Below the pieces are notes generated by a model. The model was not told where the DNA came from, did no database searches, and was given only the letters and a program-made list of their open reading frames with translations. The position numbers and the translations under genes are program-made. Shown here piece after piece: positions 9,748-18,606 of a stretch of DNA of 64,000 nucleotides (position 1 is its first letter; every line of letters starts with the position of its first letter). Source of the DNA: Spirochaetia bacterium (GTDB taxonomy: Bacteria > Spirochaetota > Leptospiria > Turneriellales > JAOUOS01); contig JAOUOS010000001.1 of assembly GCA_029880285.1 (NCBI GenBank), forward strand, positions 131,131 through 195,130, read 5' to 3'.

Positions 9748-10495
9748 AACTAATTTCTAATTTTTGCTGCACTGTTTCATTTTCTGTAAATATCATTTTG
9801 TCTTTATTATATAACATAATGACATCTTCGGCACAAAAACAGGGATGATTTTGCGCCTTAAAATATGTAAATACGCCATTTGCTGTTTTTAAGTCATCAT
9901 CTTCATCTATGGTTAACCTGATTTTTTTATTATAATTTTTATTATAGAAAGTTACAGGTAAAATATTGAATATATCATTATTTTCTCTAAAATATACTGT
10001 AACATGTTCCTTATGATATTCTTTTAGAGCTCTTGAAGTTAAAGAACGTAAAACCTTCACATTAACAGCTTCAGAACCCATACCTAAGGGCAAACCAATG
10101 CTATAGGTATATTCAGGTTTTGTTTTTATTATATGCTCTTTTAAAATTTCAATTTTTTTATAATCTATAAAAGGATTATCAGCTGTGAGTCTAAAAATAT
10201 AATCATTATCTTCAAGTTCAGAAGATGATTTTATATATCTTGACAGCACATTTTTTTCATTACCTTCAATATAATTGATGTTTTCTCTTTGTAAAAATTC
10301 AATTAATTCTTGATCATTTTCTGGAATTGCGAAACAAATTTCATTTCTTTTTTGATGTATTAAAAGCCTGTCTATAATATGCAGTAAAAGAGGCTTTTCT
10401 CCGATAGTTTTAAATATTTTTCCCGGTAGTCTTTTTGAATTTGTTCTGGCCTGAATAATAAATTTAAATTTACAAGTTAAAGGTAAAATACTCAT
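9737..10495 (-). CDS. SpsF-like cytidylyltransferase (CTP_transf_3 / acylneuraminate cytidylyltransferase family)
   Basis: The N-terminal IIQARTNSKRLPGKIFKTIGEKPLL is the typical nucleotide-binding loop of this family. Size is ~250 aa. Confidence 0.7.
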   Translation of the reverse strand: MSILPLTCKFKFIIQARTNSKRLPGKIFKTIGEKPLLLHIIDRLLIHQKRNEICFAIPENDQELIEFLQRENINYIEGNEKNVLSRYIKSSSELEDNDYIFRLTADNPFIDYKKIEILKEHIIKTKPEYTYSIGLPLGMGSEAVNVKVLRSLTSRALKEYHKEHVTVYFRENNDIFNILPVTFYNKNYNKKIRLTIDEDDDLKTANGVFTYFKAQNHPCFCAEDVIMLYNKDKMIFTENETVQQKLEISYEK

Positions 10496-12068
10496 CGCAT
10501 TTTAAACAATCGGGAGAATTTGGATATATATTAGCAAGATTTTTCTCCCAAAACGGTATTTGTTTTTCTCTTACTTGAGCCAAGGTTTCATGCTCAATAT
10601 TCCCTATACAATTTTTGTTCTCAATATCCTGCTTGCAAAAAGAAACACTGCCGTCTGCTCTTATAAACATATCTCTTCTTAAATGCCAGCAAAATGTTCT
10701 TTCTAAAGGGGTCATGTCTGAAACCCGCCTTTCTTTCATAAGAGAAATGTATTTATTATATTTTTGAAATAAAAAAGACACGTTTAGTTCTTCACACAAG
10801 TTAAAAATTTCATCTATTTCATCTTCATTTTCAACTATCTTTAATGTTTGAATGTATATTTTCTCTTTAGCATCATAGCCTAATTCTTTCATCTTTTTGC
10901 CTAAGTTTTTTATATTTTCAATCACTTTATTTTTATTTTCTTTACTGGTTCCATGTAGTTTATCATAATTTTTTAGGCTGTTAATATTAATTATAATTTT
11001 AATCTTATTAAAGTTCGTATGTTCAATACAATTAAGTAACCTTGATAGATATAATCCATTCGATTCTATAATTAAATGCTTTAATTTTTCTGTTTCTAAT
11101 AATTTAGTGATAAATTCTTCTACTTTCGGATGTTCTAAAGGTTCACCCATTCCCGCCAATGAAATTGAAGTATCACCAATGCTATCATTTAGATAGTTTA
11201 TAATTTTATTTAAAACATCAAAACTCATTTGGTTTTTTTCTAATATAGTAAATTGTCTCGGACAGAAATCACATTTATATTCACAATCAGAATTTATTTC
11301 TATTTCAAGATACGACGGAAAAGAAAATAAAATCTTAGGATCATTTTTTATTATTTCTTCTATCTCAGAGTATATATTTTCTTTTTCTTTTACAATATGA
11401 AAAAAACGACTTGTTTTCATTATTGATCTAATATTTTTACAGCTAAAATCCAGCCTTAGCATTCTAAGATCTGGAGCAATAAAATCAATTTCAGCGTGAA
11501 ATTTATTAATGTTTTTTTCAACAAAAGTCTTTAAAGGCATAGAAAGCTCATCTGGTATTTTATCTTCATTCCCGGTTTCGTCAAATTCTAATGATAGAGG
11601 TGTAAAAATACTTTTTGAAAAAAATACGGGAGAAATCCCCGGCGGGATATTCTCACAAAAAGTATAATCGGCTTCATATTTACAATGTATACTAAATAAT
11701 TGTTCAGCAGCAGATTTATCCCAAATGGGAAAAATAGAATCAAAAAAAACAATATAATTTATATTAGAGTAGTTTTTATAAATATTTTTTATTACATACA
11801 ATTCATGTTTAAATTCAACTTGTTTTATATTTTGAGTATTTTTAAGATTAAAATATGTTCTTATAAATTCAGAATCTTCTGCCGCGAAAAAAAGTAAATT
11901 ATTATTTTTTAATAAAGTATTAATAAAATTTTCTATTAATTTATCCGCTTTAATATCTGTATTATATTTTTCAAAAGCCTTTTTCCAAACATCTATAACC
12001 GCGTTGCTTAGATATACCAGTATAGCAGTTTTTTCATTTTTTATTGAAGTGATTTGATTTTCAACCAT
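10470..12068 (-). CDS. Radical SAM / SPASM-domain protein with ~250-aa N-terminal nucleotidyltransferase-like extension
   Basis: CX3CX2C motif (SDCEYKCDFCPRQF), GGE-like LAGMGEPL, and a C-terminal Cys-rich SPASM-like segment (FCWHLRRDMFIRADGSVSFCKQD...NCIGN...CLKCDEY). Confidence 0.8.
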   Translation of the reverse strand: MVENQITSIKNEKTAILVYLSNAVIDVWKKAFEKYNTDIKADKLIENFINTLLKNNNLLFFAAEDSEFIRTYFNLKNTQNIKQVEFKHELYVIKNIYKNYSNINYIVFFDSIFPIWDKSAAEQLFSIHCKYEADYTFCENIPPGISPVFFSKSIFTPLSLEFDETGNEDKIPDELSMPLKTFVEKNINKFHAEIDFIAPDLRMLRLDFSCKNIRSIMKTSRFFHIVKEKENIYSEIEEIIKNDPKILFSFPSYLEIEINSDCEYKCDFCPRQFTILEKNQMSFDVLNKIINYLNDSIGDTSISLAGMGEPLEHPKVEEFITKLLETEKLKHLIIESNGLYLSRLLNCIEHTNFNKIKIIININSLKNYDKLHGTSKENKNKVIENIKNLGKKMKELGYDAKEKIYIQTLKIVENEDEIDEIFNLCEELNVSFLFQKYNKYISLMKERRVSDMTPLERTFCWHLRRDMFIRADGSVSFCKQDIENKNCIGNIEHETLAQVREKQIPFWEKNLANIYPNSPDCLKCDEYFTFNL

Positions 12069-12076
12069 AAATTATT

Positions 12077-13018
12077 TTATAATTCTTGATAATCTTGCAT
12101 ATATATTTTTACGGCAATATTTTTTCTTTCTTCTTTTATCCAATCTGAAAACGCTGCCTGTTGATTCTCAAAATACAATTTTGCTCTTATTTGTTCGTAT
12201 ACATCTTCTAATTCAATTGGTTTTGTTTTTTCTACTTTAACAATAAAGTATCCTAATTTACCAACAGAAACAGTAGAAACTTGTCCTTGTTTTGTTTGGT
12301 ATACAATATTTGCTAATGCTTCATCTAATGCTGCAAGCTCACTAAGAGTTACCCAACCTAATAGACCCCCATTCTTTTTACTGGCATGTTCAGATACTTT
12401 CGCTGCAGTTTCTTCAAAATTTTTCACAGCCTCGCCCCTTGCCTTGTTCAATTCTTTACTTACTCTTAATTCGTCCTGCATATCACCTTTTTTGAAGCTT
12501 TTGATAATTATACGAAGAAGCATTTTATTGCCTATTTTTTGTTTATTTTTTTTATACCAGTCTGCAATTTGTGAGCTAGAAGGATTAGGAACAGTAACTC
12601 TAAGCTGAACAACCTGCTGGGTTTTCATTTGTCTCGCTTTTTCTATTCTATACTCACTTAGTGAAATACCTATTTCTTTTTTTAGCATCTTTTCAAAGGT
12701 TTTCTCATCGGATATACCGCTTCTTGTCATATCATTTTCAATTATTTCATCAATTCTATCCGGTGAGATTCTAATAGATTCTGCATCGGCAATAACATTT
12801 ATAATTTCTCTTTCAATTAATTTATCTAATGCCTGACTTTCGATATTTCGCCCTTTTATTAAACCTCCTTTTTGTTTTTTTAAATAATTTATCTCTTTAA
12901 CCAAATCTAGTCTTGTTACTGGTTTCGAACTAATAACCGCTACTATTTCATTTAATGGCTGGCTTTCAATATTTAAATTTATTATAATAAAAACTAATAG
13001 AACTCGAACGCTTTTCAT
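12077..13018 (-). CDS. SurA-like periplasmic chaperone / parvulin-type peptidyl-prolyl isomerase
   Basis: Signal peptide, a SurA_N-like helical region, and a PpiC rotamase-like segment (NGGLLGWVTLSEL...GQVSTVSVGKLGYFIVKVEK). Confidence 0.7.
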   Translation of the reverse strand: MKSVRVLLVFIIINLNIESQPLNEIVAVISSKPVTRLDLVKEINYLKKQKGGLIKGRNIESQALDKLIEREIINVIADAESIRISPDRIDEIIENDMTRSGISDEKTFEKMLKKEIGISLSEYRIEKARQMKTQQVVQLRVTVPNPSSSQIADWYKKNKQKIGNKMLLRIIIKSFKKGDMQDELRVSKELNKARGEAVKNFEETAAKVSEHASKKNGGLLGWVTLSELAALDEALANIVYQTKQGQVSTVSVGKLGYFIVKVEKTKPIELEDVYEQIRAKLYFENQQAAFSDWIKEERKNIAVKIYMQDYQEL

Positions 13019-13057
13019 ATAGACAGCAGAACAAGGCGGCTTAGTACGTAAACTTTT

Positions 13058-14134
13058 TTATGAATCTTTTTCTAATAATGATACGATTTTCTCTTCTGGA
13101 TGTTTGTAAAATATTTTTTTTTGCATATTTGAAGTTATACGCTCTAAATTATTTTCCTGGATAATTTCTTTTATCTTTTCTTTGGCTTTTTCAGGATCAA
13201 AAGGTCTTATGTCTATTATTTCTGCCATTCCTAATTCTGTTAATTTTAAGGCGTTATATTTTTGATGATTATAAACAGCATAAGGATAAGGCAGTAAAAT
13301 AGATGGTTTTTTTGCCCATAGAATTTCAAAAATACTTCCGCTACCGGCTCTAGAAACAATTAAATCACAATTCATAAGAGCCTTGGGCACATCTTCTATA
13401 AAACTATACATTAAATCATTTGTCCTTTTTTTTCCTTTCATCTTTTCATAATTATTAATTCCGGTAGATAAAATTAATTTTATTTTTGAAAAATAAGTAT
13501 CTTTTATCATTTCAAGATAAAGTTGGTTTATATTTTCAGCTCCTTGGCTTCCTCCTATCATAAGTATAACTTTTGGAGTTTTCTGTATTTTTCTTTTTCT
13601 GCCTTTATACGTTTTAAAAATATTTCTTATTGGATTTCCCGTAAAGTATTCATTTTTTCTTAAACTCAAAACAGGAAACGATAAAAATACGCCTTTTGCC
13701 TTTTTACTCATTAATTTCGTAATTCTGCCTGAAACCGCATTTTGTTCTGCCATAAAATATGAGATTTGTTTTTTTCTTGCCCAAAATAATAAAGGAAATG
13801 ATGGATACCCTCCTAAACCTAAAGCAAATTTTGGAGGATAAACTTTGGCCCATTGATTTAAAATACCCAATGCTCTAAAAAGTTTTCCCGGAAAAATCAT
13901 AATATTTTTAATACTAGAAGGAAATCGCGGAGCTGGATACGAAACTAATTCAAATTGCTTCGATTTTTTTAATTTATCAAAATCTGGATATGATAAATCT
14001 TTTTCAAGTGTAAAAAAAACCACCTGCCATCCGCGTGAAATTAATTTTTCTGTAATAGAAACCGCAGGTGATATGTGGCCGCCTGTTCCGCCTGCTGAAA
14101 TAAAAGCTGTTTTTATTTCTTTTATTTTTTTCAT
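13058..14134 (-). CDS. murG: Undecaprenyldiphospho-muramoylpentapeptide beta-N-acetylglucosaminyltransferase
   Basis: GGTGGHISPAVS near the N-terminus, GGSQGA, and a C-terminal RAGSGSIFE motif. Confidence 0.9.
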   Translation of the reverse strand: MKKIKEIKTAFISAGGTGGHISPAVSITEKLISRGWQVVFFTLEKDLSYPDFDKLKKSKQFELVSYPAPRFPSSIKNIMIFPGKLFRALGILNQWAKVYPPKFALGLGGYPSFPLLFWARKKQISYFMAEQNAVSGRITKLMSKKAKGVFLSFPVLSLRKNEYFTGNPIRNIFKTYKGRKRKIQKTPKVILMIGGSQGAENINQLYLEMIKDTYFSKIKLILSTGINNYEKMKGKKRTNDLMYSFIEDVPKALMNCDLIVSRAGSGSIFEILWAKKPSILLPYPYAVYNHQKYNALKLTELGMAEIIDIRPFDPEKAKEKIKEIIQENNLERITSNMQKKIFYKHPEEKIVSLLEKDS

Positions 14135-14158
14135 GTAAAATTTTTAATAATATATATA

Positions 14159-15424
14159 TCAAATTAATGTTTTTACTTTTTCAATCAATTTCTCTTTTTC
14201 ATTTATAAGATTTTTTGATTTTACTTCTTCTAAGAGTATATTTAGAATTTTTCCCATTTCTGGACCGGCCTTTACACCTAAATCCATTAAATCAAATCCT
14301 GTTATATCTAAATCAATAACTTTTAGTTTCAATTCATTGGCGTATACTTCATCAATATGTTCTATAAGATTCTGTAACGCTGTGGGAAAAGCATTTCTTC
14401 TGCCAGAGGCTTTTCTATCTGCCATTCTTAAGGTTATTAAATCTTCTAAATTTTCGCGGGGTACTCTTTTTAAAAATCTTCTCACGGCCCTATCTGTCCA
14501 TTCATTCGTATAATGAAACATATGATTTCTAACTAAAAATTTTATTTTAAGACCTGTTTCTTTCTTTATGCCAAAGCGTTTCATTATTTTTACGGTTAGT
14601 CTGGCAGAAACATATTCATGATTATAAAAAGAAGCCTCGCTATTGTCTTTTTCTTTTCTTGTTAGAACCTTGCCAATATCGTGCAAAAGAGCGGCCCATC
14701 TTAATACAAAATCTGGTTTATAAATAGCGTCACAAGCCAAGAGAGAATGTTCATAAACATCGTACATATGATATTTATTTTGTGTTACTCCAATTGCCGC
14801 TTCAAGTTCGGGCAATAATAAAGATAATATATTTAGTTTCTTAAGAAAATTAAAGCCTGCTGAAGGTTTTCTGCCTAATATAATTTTGTTTATTAATTTA
14901 GAATATATAGTTAATTCGTTCGTTTTAATTTTTATATCAAGAATATTTGACTGAATATCTGGGGGTAATAGTATTTCAATATCAGGAAAACGGCTTTTAT
15001 AGACAGCCGCTAATAATATTTCTTGAAGACCAGCATTTTGTTTTATTTGAAGAGTTTCACTTTCAAATTTTATATTTTCAATAGAAATATCATCTGTAAA
15101 TTCAAATTCAAATGAATTTAAATTATTTTCCAGAGAATCATTTAATTTATACCGTTTTTCGCCTATTTTTTTTAATTTTATCCGTGAAATAAAGTCTGAT
15201 TCAGATTCAGACGAAAGATATATGGTTAAAGGCTCAGCTTCATTAAATATATCATTCTTTTCATCAATAAATTCATTCTCAATCGTTTCTAAACCATCAG
15301 GAATTTCTTGATTCTTTTTTATTATATATTTTTTTTCTATTTTAATTATTTCGTTATCATTATCACTTAATAATGTAAAAAGTTTTTCTTCTATATTTGG
15401 GACTCTTGAACTTAGTCTAATCAT
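14159..15424 (-). CDS. HD-domain protein related to the body and HD part of CCA-adding/poly(A) polymerase enzymes, without a recognisable nucleotidyltransferase head
   Basis: HD motif (AALLHDIGK, ...NHEYVSA) and a preceding helical region (FNFLKKLNILSLLLPELEAAIG) like CCA-enzyme body domains. The first ~165 aa lack a GG-x-VRD / DxD head motif. Confidence 0.65.
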   Translation of the reverse strand: MIRLSSRVPNIEEKLFTLLSDNDNEIIKIEKKYIIKKNQEIPDGLETIENEFIDEKNDIFNEAEPLTIYLSSESESDFISRIKLKKIGEKRYKLNDSLENNLNSFEFEFTDDISIENIKFESETLQIKQNAGLQEILLAAVYKSRFPDIEILLPPDIQSNILDIKIKTNELTIYSKLINKIILGRKPSAGFNFLKKLNILSLLLPELEAAIGVTQNKYHMYDVYEHSLLACDAIYKPDFVLRWAALLHDIGKVLTRKEKDNSEASFYNHEYVSARLTVKIMKRFGIKKETGLKIKFLVRNHMFHYTNEWTDRAVRRFLKRVPRENLEDLITLRMADRKASGRRNAFPTALQNLIEHIDEVYANELKLKVIDLDITGFDLMDLGVKAGPEMGKILNILLEEVKSKNLINEKEKLIEKVKTLI

Positions 15425-16242
15425 TAATCATGCCGTTCTTCTTTTTTTAAAATAGTAAACATTGTATCTGAAAATTTCATTTTTTTTTGAATAAATTGAT
15501 ATATTTTTGACAATACAATATTTTTACCTAATGGAAACCTTTCTGGATGAATACCTTCATAACTTGTCATAATAACGTTAAAACTAAACAATTTTGCTGC
15601 GTTTTTTAAAGTTTTAGGTGAATAATCCACAAAATGATCTTTAGGATGAAATTTTAGCCAATTATTAAACTCAAAATAATAAGATGGTCCATAAATAGAC
15701 GGCATAGCCAGCATTAAAAAACCGCCCGGTTTTATCATTTCTTTAAATAAACTCCATATAAGATTTTGTTCTTCAATATGTTCTAAAAAATAAAAAGCGC
15801 ATAGAATATCATATTTTTTATTTTGTTCTTTATTCCATTTTTGATAAAGACTTTTCCAATCTCCCGTTTTTGTCTTTATACCATTTTTATTGGCAACTTG
15901 AGCCATTTTCTTGGATATCTCCCATCCCTCAACCGAAAATCCTTCATCTTTAGCTTTCTCAAGAAAAAATCCGGCAGCAGAGCCTATTTCTAACAATGCC
16001 ATATTTGGGGCATAATTTATATTTTCTTTAAATTTTCTTAATCTTTCTTTTGCTCTTATCTGTAAATTTGCTTTATCTTCAATATATGTCTTGCCATATT
16101 GAATTTTATACTCATCTTCAAAATATTGTTTCTCATATACGAATGATTTCGCTTTTATGAAATGAACAAGTTTACACTTTACGCAAATATATAATAATTT
16201 ATTTTTTTTTTTACATTTTGAAAAACATAGTGAACAATTCAA
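15424..16242 (-). CDS. Class I SAM-dependent methyltransferase with N-terminal Cys4 ribbon
   Basis: Motif I LEIGSAAGFF, and N-terminal CSLC...CVKC. Confidence 0.7.
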   Translation of the reverse strand: MNCSLCFSKCKKKNKLLYICVKCKLVHFIKAKSFVYEKQYFEDEYKIQYGKTYIEDKANLQIRAKERLRKFKENINYAPNMALLEIGSAAGFFLEKAKDEGFSVEGWEISKKMAQVANKNGIKTKTGDWKSLYQKWNKEQNKKYDILCAFYFLEHIEEQNLIWSLFKEMIKPGGFLMLAMPSIYGPSYYFEFNNWLKFHPKDHFVDYSPKTLKNAAKLFSFNVIMTSYEGIHPERFPLGKNIVLSKIYQFIQKKMKFSDTMFTILKKEERHD

Positions 16243-16246
16243 TGTA

Positions 16247-17323
16247 TTATTTATTGACCTGACGGTTTCTAGCTTCTTCTGCCGTAATATACAGTTTTGA
16301 AGCTTCTAACTGAGCTTTTTTCACAATTATTGATGCTGCGATTAGTCTTTCACCCATCTCGGGCCAAAGCGCCTGCGCACCGTCTACTAAAGCTTCTTCT
16401 GGTTTCGGATGTAAATCTACCAAAATTCCATCAATCCCCATTGCTATAGCACCCATGGAAACTGGTAAAATAGCGTCTCTGTTACCTGTTGAATGAGACG
16501 GATCAAAAATTACCGGTAAATTACATAATTGTTTTATTCTTACAACATCTGCACTATCTACATCGTTTCTGTAAGCATCATTAAAAGTTCGTATACCTCT
16601 TAAGCATAATATAACATCAGGATTACCATGTGCCGCAATTCTTTCTGCCGCTAATAAAAATTCTTCTATTGTACCACTCATACCTCTTTTTAGTAAGACT
16701 GGTTTATCTACCTCACCTAAAGCGTCTAATAATCGAAAGTTTTGAAAATTTCTCGTGCCAACCTGATGAATATCAGTATACTTATTTACCAGCTCGACAT
16801 CACTAGCTGACATAACTTCGGTTATAACAGGTAAATTATATTTTTTGCCAACATCACTTAAAATCTCTAAACCTTTTTCGCCTAACCCCTCAAACGCATA
16901 GGGGCTGGTTCTCGGCTTAAAAGCTCCGCCGCGTAAAATATAGCCTTCAATAGCATCATTTTTAGGGAAATTTGCGATTTGTTTTGCGGCTGTTTCTGTC
17001 TGCTCATATGACTCTACTGCGCACGGACCTATCATTATAATAAGTTTTTTGCCCCCTATCGTTACGCCGCCAACATTTATTTCATGCCGCCTTCTGCCAC
17101 CTTCAAAACTTATTCTCTTATAAGGCTTTTCGATTCTATGAACTTTTTCTACACAGGCAAACTTTCTAACATCTTCTATATCTAAATTGCCATGTCCTAT
17201 TAGTTCTATTATTTTATTCTGCTCACCTGTCACTAATCTTGGCTTATAGCCCGATTTCGCTATAAAGTCCATTAATAAATTTATTTCATCTTCTTGAATG
17301 TTATTGTGAAGCAATATTATCAT
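16247..17323 (-). CDS. aroF: 3-deoxy-7-phosphoheptulonate (DAHP) synthase, type I-beta with N-terminal regulatory domain
   Basis: GPCAVES, RGGAFKPRTSPYAFEGLG, KRG and DPSH motifs. The ~90-aa N-terminal ferredoxin-like domain resembles Thermotoga-type enzymes. Confidence 0.9.
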   Translation of the reverse strand: MIILLHNNIQEDEINLLMDFIAKSGYKPRLVTGEQNKIIELIGHGNLDIEDVRKFACVEKVHRIEKPYKRISFEGGRRRHEINVGGVTIGGKKLIIMIGPCAVESYEQTETAAKQIANFPKNDAIEGYILRGGAFKPRTSPYAFEGLGEKGLEILSDVGKKYNLPVITEVMSASDVELVNKYTDIHQVGTRNFQNFRLLDALGEVDKPVLLKRGMSGTIEEFLLAAERIAAHGNPDVILCLRGIRTFNDAYRNDVDSADVVRIKQLCNLPVIFDPSHSTGNRDAILPVSMGAIAMGIDGILVDLHPKPEEALVDGAQALWPEMGERLIAASIIVKKAQLEASKLYITAEEARNRQVNK

Positions 17324-17347
17324 ATTGTTGTCAAAGCTTAAAAAAAA

Positions 17348-17456
17348 GACATATTGTCAAAAAGTTTAAATCTAAGATTATGTTTATTCGTTTTTTTATG
17401 AATAAATTATTCATTTAAATTGACTTTTTATACTATAAAATAATTGACAATATGTC
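17348..17456. repeat. 13-bp perfect inverted repeat pair: GACATATTGTCAA at 17348-17360 and TTGACAATATGTC at 17444-17456
   Basis: Read directly from the sequence. Each copy is itself a GACA-N3-TGTC palindrome. A third degenerate copy (17321-17336) overlaps the aroF start codon. All lie in the aroF/dksA-like divergent intergenic region. Confidence 0.55.
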
Positions 17457-17880
17457 AGGTTTTTTCTTTTGTTTCGCCCTAATGAAGAAAAATCCATTTA
17501 CAGAAAAAGAATTAAAAGACTTTAAGAGTACTTTATTAGAAAAGAAAACTAGAGTACTAAAAGAAATACAGGAACACTCTGATGAAGCCCATCATGAAGC
17601 TGATGAACCCGGTGATTTAGTTGATATGGCTTCTGAACTGCTTGAAAAAGAATTAAACCTGACATTAACTGAAAAAGAAAAAGAAATTCTAAATGATATT
17701 GATGAAGCGTTAGAAAGAATTGCTAAAAAAACTTTTGGTATATGTGTTGATACAGGCGAAGTTATATCTAAAGTTCGATTAAAAGCAATTCCTGAGGCGA
17801 AAAGAACTCTCGAAGCTCAAGAAGCATTTGATAAAATACAACGTGAGAAAAGAAAAAGATTATTAGATTCTTATAAATAA
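17452..17880 (+). CDS. DksA/TraR-family protein lacking the C4 zinc finger
   Basis: DksA-like coiled coil (acidic tip DEPGDLVDMASE) and C-terminal FGICVDTGEVISKVRLKAIPEAKRTLEAQE, with only one of the four usual Cys. A more plausible start may be ATG 17482 (MKKNPFTEKEL...). Confidence 0.65.
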   Translation: MSGFFFCFALMKKNPFTEKELKDFKSTLLEKKTRVLKEIQEHSDEAHHEADEPGDLVDMASELLEKELNLTLTEKEKEILNDIDEALERIAKKTFGICVDTGEVISKVRLKAIPEAKRTLEAQEAFDKIQREKRKRLLDSYK

Positions 17881-17889
17881 GCTTTCGTA

Positions 17890-18606
17890 ATGCATATTTT
17901 TGAGTATCCAGCTTTTCTTGAAATACTTAAAAATATAAATTATATTTTAAGAAATAATAAAAATAATTTAATATATAAAAAAGAAGCTGAAGCTCTCCCT
18001 GAAAGCTATAATTTATCATTTCATCCTATATTACCTGAAAAAACAATAGAAAAAATATATAATGAAAAACTATGCGTAAGTTGCTCGAAGAGAATATCCT
18101 ATAAAGAGAATCAGTTTGATGATAACAGGCCTAAACTTCCCTTTTTAATTTTAATTCATAACACTTTAAAAAAGGACCAAAAATACTTTCAAGACATAAA
18201 TGCTGATACTATGTTTAAAAATATGATACAAAATACTTTAGGCTTTTTACCTGAAGATTTTTTAATAAGAGAAGTCTTAAGATGTCATTTTAGCGCTGAC
18301 GAAATAGAGAATGAAATTTGGATTAAAAACTGCAAATCTAATATTTATAATGATATTAAAAATTTTAAAATCAAAGGCATTTTAATAATTGGTGACGCCG
18401 TTAAATTTTTTATAAATAAAACTGAAATGAATAATAATTTTAATAAAGTAACAGAAGTTTTAGGGTTACCTGCCGTCTTTTCAGCCGGACCTAATAGAAT
18501 TATATATTTACAAAATAAAAAATATACAAATACAATTATAAAACAAGAAAAACTAAAAATATTTAACTCTATAAAATTATTTAAAGAAAAAATAATGCGT
18601 ATTTAA
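17890..18606 (+). CDS. Uracil-DNA glycosylase-superfamily-like protein with degenerate catalytic motifs
   Basis: The overall pattern resembles family-4 UDG (CVSC..., LPFLILIHNT in place of the GEAPG block, ILIIGDAV, GLPAVFSAGPN in place of the HPS block). This was assigned by eye only. Confidence 0.4.
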   Translation: MHIFEYPAFLEILKNINYILRNNKNNLIYKKEAEALPESYNLSFHPILPEKTIEKIYNEKLCVSCSKRISYKENQFDDNRPKLPFLILIHNTLKKDQKYFQDINADTMFKNMIQNTLGFLPEDFLIREVLRCHFSADEIENEIWIKNCKSNIYNDIKNFKIKGILIIGDAVKFFINKTEMNNNFNKVTEVLGLPAVFSAGPNRIIYLQNKKYTNTIIKQEKLKIFNSIKLFKEKIMRI

